Assembly: GCA_028534125.1 (NCBI GenBank)
Contig: CM052819.1
Span: forward strand, 106,454,001 to 106,518,000
Reading direction: 5' to 3'
Length of the DNA: 64,000 bases
Source: Lama glama
Taxonomy: Eukaryota
Part shown: positions 54,345-64,000 of the stretch, one piece after another
How the letters are laid out: each line of letters begins with the position of its first letter
Numbering within the stretch: the stretch's first letter is position 1
Translations under genes and position numbers: made by a program
The notes under the pieces: generated by a model
Told to the model about the DNA's origin: nothing
Database searches by the model: none
The model's input: the letters and a program-made list of their open reading frames with translations, nothing else

Positions 54345-57300
54345 GCCGCCAGGCCCCGGGCGCAACACTGCGGGAGACGGGAGGGGACCCGGGACCTGGA
54401 GAGAAGAGGCGGAGTCAGCGGAGCTCAGCAAACAGCCCAAGCTGCCTCCCCCCACCCGCCTCCCGGGAAACTCAGCTGAAAGCTCCCCGCCCACCGCCCG
54501 CCCTGTCGTTCAATCGGGATCCAACATGCCAGAGGGCAAGAGGGCCCCCAGGCCCCAGACCCGTTCCCAGCCCGGGGCTTTTAACAGTCCAGGTGCCAGG
54601 TCCACGCAGACCTGGCTGTCACCACCTCCAGGGGCTCCCCAGATGGCAGCCACCAACCATGTGAGGCCAGAAAATGTTACATTACTAAAAACCAAACACA
54701 GTCAAGATCCAGTTCCTTGGCAACACCTGACTCATTTCAAGTGCTCACAGCAGGGGCGAGGCTGCGGGGCTGCGCACACTGCCCTCCCCAGGTCTGTCAG
54801 CCTGCTCCGGTGCCCGGGGTCCCTGCGTCAGTGCCACAGCACCAGGCGCATCCAAGTGCCGGACGCAGCAGCTGGAGAAGCCGTCGCCCCCGGGAAGGCC
54901 CAGAGGATGCGGCAGGAAGGGGCCCTGCTGGGACGCCTGGTGGGCACACTCCTGGTCACAGCCCTGGGTCAGCAATGGGGGCGGAGGCCCCCCAGGTCCA
55001 CCGATGGAGAGCGAGACTTCATGCCAGCGTCTGACGACTTCAACACAGGCCCGGGCCTCAGTTCAGGGAACTATGGTCAGATGAGCAGAACTGCTTCCTC
55101 CTTCTGCGCTCCCATGTCTATTTCTATGACTCAGGGAAAACGGGCGTGGAGGGTTAACAGCAGGAAAACCCAAGAAGCCGGGGCTGGTGGGTTTGTCTCT
55201 GAGGCTACAAGGAGGGGCAAGGTAGGCGTGAGGGGGCAACGGTGGCCCAGGAGTTAGAGGGTCTTAGGACAGCCCCTGAGTCCTCACGGGCCAAGTGAAG
55301 CACCAGCCGGGTAAGGGCTGGAACCCGCCTCCCCCTGCACCCCCAGAGGGCACACAGGCCAAGCGGCTCCAGCAGAGACTCGGAGGTTTGCTTTCCTTGC
55401 CCTGTGTTTCTGAGCCCCTGGGAGCTTCAGAGACGGCTGGAGGGGCGCGGCCTCAGAGAAGGGTGCATACACGCCCCGCCCACCGTTCCAGCCCCAGGAC
55501 CCCCCCACGTTCACCCTGTGCTCCCAGGTGTGCCGTTCTCTGGACGCCGGGAAACCCGCACTCACCAGCTCAGCACCCAGCACTCGGCTTGGGGTGAACA
55601 GCCAAGAACTTACCAAGCCCAGGGTCCCCAGGAGGGGGTCCCACCCTCCCTGTCCCCCAGGGGCTCAGGGGACCCCTGCACTTGGCCCTGAAAGGTATCA
55701 TCTACGGGGCGATGGGAACTTCCCATACCTGGTGCCCCCAAATCCCGGGGCAGCGGGAGCAGTCCCAGACCCCAGGGCCAGGCAAGCACACTGCCATCTT
55801 CATTGCTACGTCCTGGACTCTGACGGCTCCTGGACCCTGAGGCGGCGCTTCTGAGACAACAGTGACAGCCTGTCAGAAGCTTGTCTGAAGGTCTGGGGCA
55901 CAGCCTGGGCGGACGGACTCTGCGCCCCAGCACGGCCCCAGGCACGCCCACACAGGCTGCCTCGGGCCTCCCGGCTGCTCAGTGATAGGCGCTCCACCTG
56001 CTGGTATCTCTCGCCAGCACGCAGCCTGCCCCCACCAAGGCTCAGACGGGCCCCAGGATCCCCCAGGGTCACCACCATGCAGTGGAGACCGCCTCACTCC
56101 CCAGAAGCACGGATACGCAAGGAACCACTCCGGGCGAGGGCCAGGGAGCCCCGTACCAGCTGAGGAGCTCTGTAGTGTCTGCAGACGCCCAGGGAGCCAA
56201 GCAGGAGGTGGGGCTTCCCCTAGGGCACCCAAAGCCGTCTCCTCAGGTCAACCTGCAAGCTGCACTCCCTCCCTCCCAGCCCACCTCAGGGCCAACCCCA
56301 TCAAGTGCTGGACCTCACAGGCTGTCCCTCCAGTCCCATCCCTGCAACCCGACCATAAAGTGCTCAGTGTAGGAGCTCCCCACCTTCCTCCTGAGTCACA
56401 AGACAGCTGGAAGGAAGGAGGGCGCCCCCACCCCCAGCCTCCTGGCCGCCTCTGCTCTTGGATCACAGGATGCTGAGGGCCGAGGGCTCACCCAGGGCTC
56501 ATATGCAGACGGGTCTCGCCTCTGGGCTGCAGCCTATTGGCTGGCAAGTCTCCCAGGCACACACGGGGAGCCCTCCACCTGCCGTCTCTGTAAATGTTTG
56601 CTCAAGGAACCGCTGCCTCAGGACAGGCTCCGGGCAGGGGTCTCTGCAGGAAGGCAGCTCCCCCCAGGCCCTCGGGGGCAGGCACACTCACCAGGCCCAT
56701 CGACTATGCCAGGAGGGACTGAAGCTCCCTCTGCTTCTTTCTCCCTCAGCCCGGCTGCCAGGGACCCACTCTCCAAGAATGTGAGTGGAGATGCCCGCCC
56801 TGGTCAAAGGCAGCTGCCTGTCCTAGAGAACTTACAGCCCCGTGTCCGGCCTAGTGACCCCCAGAGCCTCATCCTGCCCGGTGCCGGGGGGCAGAACAGC
56901 AGGGCAGACGCTGAGAAGCACGGAAGGGGCCAGGCCCTCGAGGGGCTCCCTGCAGAAATGGCCCCTTTCATTCATTCCTGCTTCAAGTTTTTCCTGAGTG
57001 TTGTTTAAAAAAACCCTGTCCCTTCCACCCATAGGAGGCCCTCCTCTAAACTCGGGGGTGGGGGGGGCAGGGTCACGGTCCTAGGCCTCCCTCACCAGCT
57101 CCACCTGGCTCCCCGCCGATGAGGCCCCACTGCAGGGGCACCTGAGGCAGATCCCAGTCACCCTCACGGGCTGAAAAGCCACCACCAGGCACCACATAAG
57201 AGAGAACAGTGGGGCTGGAGTGGCTGGCACCGTGGCCATAGCAGCGCCACCACGTGGAGCTGGGAGCAATGGCATTTATTTGAACTAAAGAGACACCCCA

Positions 57301-58747
57301 GGGACAGGAGGCTCGGGCCACTTCGGGACATGCGGGCGTTTCTCCCATGCGTCACCCACACTTGGCTCGGCATCGCTGCACGCGCTTTCCAAAACTTCTA
57401 AAACAGGTCGGGGGCAGCCAGCTCGTGTGCCCACGGGCTGGACAACAGGGTCACGGGGAGGGGCTCAGCCCCATCCCAGTAGCACACTGCCACCCAGAAC
57501 GGCAGGGCTTGTTCACCCTGCACCACCAGGAGGAAAGGCCACAAGTGCGGGGACCTGGGGTGGGACGACGGGGGTGCAGAGAAAGGGCAGGCGCAGAAGC
57601 CGGGGTCTCCGCCCGCATTCCAGGTGGTGACTGTTGGCCTCCGGAATCATCTCTCTGTTCATTCATGTGCCTCACGTGAGGTGAGTGTAGTGACAGCTCT
57701 GCAGGCGACGTGGTCAGCGACCAGAGCCAGGACTAAAGTCCGCTTCCACACATGCTGCCCGGGAAGGGGAGGTGGAGGCACCCAGCCAGGTGCTCACCGC
57801 CGCAGAAACAGCACAGAGGGCGAGTGAGGTGGCCGAGCTCAGGAGCATCAGGTGGCAGGGCAGGCTGGACCCCAAGTGTCCGGACCCCAGCCCGGCCCCG
57901 TGCTCGTTCAGGCCTCTTCAGGGCAACCGACGAAGTACCGCTGGCCAGCCAGGAGGGTCAAGGGGAGGACAAGGACCATCAGGAGAAAGTTCTGACGGTT
58001 AACCTCCGGCCGCTTCAGATCACCCCCTGCACCTGCCCTGGGGGGAGCACCAGCTGTGCCCCTGGCCCCGCCCCCCAGCACGGGGGAAGGCCTGAGGCCC
58101 AAGATCAAAAAAAAAAGCAAACAGCATCTCTCTCATTAGGTGCTTTTAAGCAGCTACCTCTCTCTTCAGTTAACATTCCTAGTAAGAAAGAGAAAAGCCT
58201 TAAGCCCTGCCTGCCCAGATCAGATAACAAAGTTCTGTGTTCCAAAGAGTAAACTAAAATCCTTCGGGCAGGACTGCTCTGGACACCCAACCCACAGGTT
58301 TAAAGCACCCTGGAGGTGTTGGTCATGTCTGCCCAGCACAGGTAACTCTAATACTTGGGGTTATTAAACCCACCAAAGCCCCCTCTGAAAGTAAGGATGT
58401 GACAACACAAGATGACGCAGAGGCTGAGTGGCACAGTCCATCAGGGTGAGGTAGAGGGAGATGCCACCAGGGACCCCTGGGGTCTGGGCACCTGGATCCC
58501 ACACCTGCAGAGGGAGGGAGTCCTGCTGATTTCATCGGGCTGCAGGAGAGCCCTCCAGTCTCCCGTAGGAGGGGGCACCTAGTCACTGCTTAGCAGGGCG
58601 CCCAGCAGGTAGCCCCGACGACTATCTGACTGCACTTTGGGCAGCCTGCAAAACAGCTTCTAGATGCATCTGCATGTTCTTCTGAGCCGGCCCAGATCCT
58701 AACTCGGATCCTAAGACCTGAGAGTGGGGCCGACATGGTGAGGAATT

Positions 58748-58748
<1 letters not shown>

Positions 58749-58786
<38 letters not shown>
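58749..58786. repeat. (CA)19 microsatellite
   Basis: Perfect dinucleotide run in the SLC19A1 5' intron. Confidence 0.97.
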
Positions 58787-58790
<4 letters not shown>

Positions 58791-59049
58791 TGTGCCTGGT
58801 CACCCCCTGGACTCTCCAGGACAAGCACTTCAGACAGGACTTGGGGAACAGTTCTCCAAGGGTAGAGTATAAGTGTCCCACTGCCCTGGACAACCTCCAG
58901 GGCTTGGCTCCAACCACCCAAGGGCTGCTCCAAGGGGAAGTTGTTGATGCCTACAGACTCTGGGCGCAGGAAACAACGAGTTGGCTGGAGACCAGAAGCG
59001 CACCAGGGACTTCTGCACGTGCGCAGAGACCAAAGGTGACAGAGGCTCG

Positions 59050-59900
59050 GAGCAGGCGCCAGGGTTCCCACTCAGCACGAGACAGCGCGTGGGACTCACG
59101 GCCCCTGCACGCACCGCCCGCACCCTGCGCCCACCCCGGCACCAGGAGCCCACGCACCCCGCGCTCCTCCAGGACCCCAGAGCTCTCCGCGCCTGCGCCA
59201 CCGCGCCCACCCCAGGCCCCGCAGCCCCTGGCTTGCACCTCCGCGCCCACCCCAGCACCAGGAGTCCATGCGCCCCGCGCTTCCCCGGGCCTGGCAGCCC
59301 CCGCCCACGCCTCCGCGCCCACCCCGGCTCTCAGAGCCCATGCACCCTGCGTTCCTCCGGGGCCCCAAAGCTCCCGTGCGCCCCACCCTCCCCCCGCGCT
59401 CCCCTCCGCCCTTGGCCCGCGCGTCCCTGCGCTCTTCGGAGACCCCCGCAGCCCGAATACTTGTGCGCTCCCGGCCTCCTCCGCTGGGTGCACGAGGGGA
59501 CCACAGTGCCCACAATGCCCCGCGCCGCTCGCTTCCGGGAGGCAGGGGGAGGGGGCTCACCTGGTCCCGCCCCCGCCACGCGTCACCGCGGACGCCGCGC
59601 AGGATCTCGGACACGCTCTGCACGGTTGCCCCCGCGATCGGCATCGGACCGGCGCAGCAGCCCGCGCGCTCGCCCTGCGCCCCAGCGACTCCGGACTCAG
59701 CCCCTACTCCAGCCCACCCCGTCGCCGTCCCCTGGTCACACGCCCCTGCTCGGGGAGCCTGCCACTCCCGGAGCGTCCACGGTCCCGTCGCAGCCCTCAC
59801 CGCACCGCGCAGCTCCCTCCCGGTCTCCTCGCCCTCCTCTCGTGCCTACCCACGCAGCGCCGGGCTCTGGTCGCTGGTCACAGCTCTGCCTTGTGCTGGA
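59050..59900 (-). promoter_or_regulatory. SLC19A1: CpG island, likely SLC19A1 promoter with alternative non-coding first exons
   Basis: Very CpG-dense with GC boxes; minus-strand donors CAG|GTGAGC (exon end 59561) and GCC|GTGAGT (exon end 59100), about 5 kb upstream of the ATG exon. Confidence 0.75.
59127..59390. repeat. Degenerate GC-rich minisatellite in the SLC19A1 promoter island
   Basis: Core GCGCCCACCCC at 59127, 59203, 59243 and 59315, with shared downstream GAGYCCAYGCRCCC. Confidence 0.7.
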
Positions 59901-61529
59901 GGCCTCCCGGACCAGACCTGGACAGAGGCACCCCAGAGCTGTGACCGCCCCTTTGGACCAGCGCCGGCCCCCTGACTTCTGTGCAGCCTGACGCCCGCCG
60001 TCCTGAGCAAGAAGTTCGTGTACTTTTTCTTTTAGGTTCATTTAGAGCCATGCCTTCCCTAGCCAGCCGCAAACTCAAGCCAGGAACATTGGTCACTGCG
60101 CCAGGCAGGACAGAAGTCCCCCTGCCCCCACGCAGCTGCCTCTGTGGGTCACCCTGACCCATATTTGGTCGGGTGTTTGCCTCGGAATTCTATCGGCTCC
60201 CGGAGGTGTGTAACACATCAGATCATGTGGGACTCCAGCAAGACACGGGGGGCTCGGCTTCTGGAGGGAGGCAGGTTAAGTCAGTGAGGGGTCTGCCCAC
60301 TGCTACCTAGGCGGGCCTGCCAGCGTCCAGCTCTGGGGCCCCCCTCCTCCGGAGGAGAACTTTGAGAGAGGCTCCTCCTGGGGGGTCAACGGTGCCCAGT
60401 CTTCCGCAGGGGCTCCTCCCAGGCTTCACGAGGTGGAAGGTGGGCTCATCCAGGCTTCTGGCTCCTGCCCAGGCCCCTCCGGCTCTGCCAGGACACAGTG
60501 GCCAAGGGACAGCGTTTGGGGGTGGCCTTGAGCTGTGCTGAGGAGTGGGTGGAGAAGCAAGGAGCTGATTCCTCGATTGCAAAATGCCCAATGGTGAGGG
60601 GGAGGGGGGACAGGAGCCCAGGTGACCTCTGCTGAGTGAGATCAGGGAGGAGGGAGGGCTAGAGACTGAGAGACAGAGATGGGGGTGGGGGGAAGGGCCA
60701 GGCCAGGCCCGTGCTCAGTGCTGGAGGGACGCAGGGCCATGAACCCACCCAGCACACCCTGGCCACCCCAGTGTCAGGACCCCTCGGGGAGTCTATGGCC
60801 TGTGGCTTGGAAGGCAAGTGGGATGGACCATGCCTTCCCCAACCCCCTCCCCGCCCAGGCCTCCATCACGGTGCTGTCCATCACCTCTGGAAGCAAAGCT
60901 GAGACCAGATGCCAACACACATAGACACACGCACACATGCGCACACACCAGTGCCAGAGGCACCCCAACAAGCACCTTCCAGGAAGATTCCCCCAGAGGC
61001 ACCCAAGGACGTGTCTGCCCCAGGGTCAGGCCAGGGATCTGGGCTCTGACCCTGAGGCACTGGTCTGCGGGGATGGAGAGGCCCCAAGGGTCCTGCGTCC
61101 TGCATATCCATTCATCTTTCACAAAAAATCCGCACTAGCATCTCTGGTACCTGAAGACTCAGATGAGGGTATCGGAAGGACTGAGGCGACTTCGCAGGAA
61201 GAGAGACGTGAGGGTCAGGGCACCTCCAGGGCCCTGGCGGGGGTGGGATGGATGGATGCCTGGGTGCCCTCACCTCCACCCCAGGGTCACGGAGCCTCTG
61301 TTGGTGTTGGGGTTGTGTCAGGACAGGAGCAGACGGGGTGAGACTTGCCGGGAGCAGAGGTCTTTTTGGAAGGTGCGCGTGACCAGGGGCGGGTCACCAC
61401 CCCTTGGCTCCAGCCAGAGGATGACAGGCGATAACCTGGTTGGAGGCTGTGCGCTGAGGTGGGACTTGCCTGTGCACTCCTGCCTCTCACTCAGACATGG
61501 CCTGGCGGAGAAGTTCTGAGAGTGACACC

Positions 61530-62220
61530 ATCTTGTGCAGAAATACAGAAACACGCAAGGAAAATGTGGCCACAGCAGCCTTGGAGGGGAGATGACATAG
61601 AACGTACATAGCGAGCATAAAGAAGACTTAAATCCCACTGTGAACGACTTTGATTTTATTTTTTATATAAACTGCAGCACGCATAGATAGAAGACATTTT
61701 TTTCTAAAGTCCCATAGAAACGTTTAAAAGATGACCCAAGGTAAAGTGCAAATCAAAGCTCAAATGGATTTCAAAAAAATGAAAAATCACCTAGGCCACC
61801 TTCCCAGGTCTTAACTCCATAAAACTAAGTATTAACGATACAAAAAAGTGCAGCCCACCCTGACTGGCTAAACAATTTCAGTGGTTCTTCCAACCATTGT
61901 CGTGGGGTCAAAGAGCAAGTCAAGCTCGCCTAGGTGACACCCACCACCATCAGACAAAGCGCCCCAGGAGCATTCCTGTTAAACGATGTTTATCATGTCC
62001 TGATTTTGCTGTTAAAATGAAAGAAGCCCAAGTTAACTCAGAAACCAGAACCTAAAAGAAACAAAACGAACCAAAGGAAGTAGGATGAAATAATGAGAAA
62101 AGCAGAGATCTATTAATTGGAAAGCAAGTAAATTTTGATTTTTTAAAATCGAAACTATAATTCCTCAAAAAATTAAAATCACATGGCACTGGTCAATTTG
62201 ACCAAAAACAGTAAAAACGA
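61530..62220 (+). mobile_element. Old L1 ORF2 fragment
   Basis: A-rich block with CAACTCAGAAACCAGAA-like and CAAAGGAAGTAGGATGAAATAATGAG motifs. Confidence 0.55.
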
Positions 62221-62519
62221 ATGTCCTGGAGGACGGCCTCTGAGTGCAGCCCCCGCGCCTGCGCAGGACCACTGACAGAGACCACGGTGGGGGGCGGGGG
62301 GGACCCACGTCCTGAGGGAGGGGGCACCTGCAGGGAGCCCAGGCTGCCCCCACCTGGAGCTCCTACGCTCTGCCCGACGTCAGCCTCGTCATTTGATGCA
62401 GTTCTGCTCCCCTCTGTTTTATGGAAATTGGCAAATAGAAGTTTAAGTTCATTTCTAAGACCAAGACAAAACCAAGGAAACGCCAAGAAGAGCCCTTCAT
62501 GAGTCACTCTGCCCGGCAG

Positions 62520-63700
62520 TGGTGTCAGGAGGGGTCCGGCGCGTGGCACACGGGGGCGCCGGCAGGACCACTGCTGCCGCCCAGGAGGGGCCCCCAGAGC
62601 CAGGCCCCACGGGCCGCGTGGGGCACACGGAGGTGGGAGGCGCCCTGCCTCCAGTGAGGGGGCCCCGCACCGGGGAGGCGGATTCAGAGGACCAGAGGAC
62701 GCGGACGGAAAGCTGGGGAGACCAGGCCCGGGGGGAGGGGCAGGAGGGTCCGGGAGGCGCGCCGGTCGACCCGAGTCCTGGAGAGAGACAGACCCCGAAG
62801 TGCAAGGAGGGATTCGGGGGTCTGTAGCCTGGGCGGCGGCCCCTGCGGCTGAGAAGGGGGCCGGGGTTCTCCAGGAGGTGCGTGTGAGGTCACGTGGAGG
62901 CTGCGTGGCCGCGAGTGCGCCTCAGCCCGGAGCACGCGTGCCCTTCCCCGAAGGCGCCTCGCGGCTCTGGGGCACTGGGCGGACCTGCGACCGAGGCCCG
63001 CCGGCGCCGCGTCCCCCTCGCCCCTCCCCACCTGCACGGCCCCTCCCTGCCCCAGCCTCTTGCCCCCTCGAAGCCCCGACTCACCGCCGTTTCCCCGGAT
63101 GCCTGTTCCCCGTCTCCACAGGCTGGGCCTGGACCCCCAGGAGCTGGGGCGAGACGGGCCCCCGGCCTTGCACCCTCTCCGGGCAGCGCGGGCCTCCCGC
63201 AGCAGGCTCCGGGGGGGGGGGCAGCGCACCCGCGGCAGCTCGCACCACGGGGAGGGCCGCGCGCAGCGGCCCGACGGCACGGCCCCCTCCCTACACCCGC
63301 CCAGGCGCCGCGCCTCCGCCCTCCCCGAGCCGCCCGGTCCCCACCCCCGCGGCCAGAAGCCCGAGCGCTGCCCTGGGGCAGAGGGGGCCCCGCCCTCGGC
63401 AGTTCTTTCGTTGCTGTTCGGAGTGGTTTTCGCTGTGTGGATGCGCCTCCTGTGTTTATCCTCCGTTCCTTTACGGATGTTTGGGTGGTTGCCAGTTTCA
63501 AGGACTGTAGCTAAAAATACGCTGCAGACATCTGCGCGGGAGTCTTCTTGGGAACGTTACGTTTTCCCCTCTTGTGAGTGGACGCCTGCGCGCGGACTGG
63601 GGGCCTTGTCGTGGGAGCACGTTCAGCTTGGCGGGACCCTGCCCGGCGGCGACCGAGCCTGCGGCGCCGCCCGCCTCACTCGCTTGTGGACACAGGGCGG
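62520..63700. promoter_or_regulatory. Second CpG island, candidate distal SLC19A1 or bidirectional promoter
   Basis: CpG-dense; GTCACGTG E-box at 62889-62896; minus-strand donor GCG|GTGAGT with exon end at 63085. Confidence 0.6.
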
Positions 63701-64000
63701 TCAGCTCTTCACCTGGCCTTTGCGGTGGGGGCGATGTGGCGCCTCTTCCCTCGAAGGCAAACCTGTGATGTGGCTCGTGTTCCAACCTGCTGGCTAGTCT
63801 TTGTAGGTTGTGTTCAGTGTCTGTTCCAATCGTTTGCACGTTTAAAACCTGAGTATTTGTCTTCTTTTCAGTGAATTGCAGGGCTTCCTAGGTATTCTGG
63901 ATGCGAGCCGGCTGCTAGATACACGGAATGTTGTTACTAATGTTCGCCCCCAGGCGTGCCTTGTCTTCTTGTTTGCTTAATGGTGTCTTTTAAAGAGCAG
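63400..64000 (-). mobile_element. Old L1M 3' region abutting the CpG island
   Basis: GGATGTTTGGGTGGTTGCCAGTTT..., TAGGTATTCTGGATGCGAGCC, TTAATGGTGTCTTTTAAAGAGCAG read as antisense L1. Confidence 0.75.

Noticed and set aside
58790-59991. Overlapping 235-384 aa ORFs on both strands
   Set aside because: CpG-island artefact, with several frames open and P/A/R-rich products.

Overview
This is mammalian, very GC-rich genomic DNA holding the conserved tail-to-tail gene pair COL18A1 and SLC19A1. On the + strand lies the 3' ~34 kb of COL18A1 (collagen XVIII alpha-1 / endostatin precursor). I reconstructed 40 coding exons by hand from 1 to 34048. All have GT-AG junctions and consistent phase, giving about 1215 aa from the TSPN/LamG domain through the interrupted triple helix, trimerisation domain, hinge and endostatin, followed by two AATAAA signals. 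On the - strand lies the complete SLC19A1 (reduced folate carrier) CDS in 5 exons (54344 to 38639, 517 aa), with a GC-AG intron, a 70-nt intron, and CpG-island promoter regions near 59-60 kb and 62.5-63.7 kb. Repeats include old L1 fragments that look GC-drifted, a Tigger1-derived MITE, an MLT1 LTR and a MER2B split by a younger L1. The L1 3' end looks cetartiodactyl, and I saw no ruminant, pig or whale SINEs, so a camelid is a tentative guess. I found no new multi-gene system, and most long ORFs in the track are GC or antisense artefacts. The best leads are lineage-level: an apparent RGD loss and gain in collagen XVIII, K393H/C396R-equivalent changes in SLC19A1, a possible in-frame upstream AUG, weak-splice features, and a disrupted MIR6815-like intron. 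All human and mouse comparisons are from memory and need alignment.
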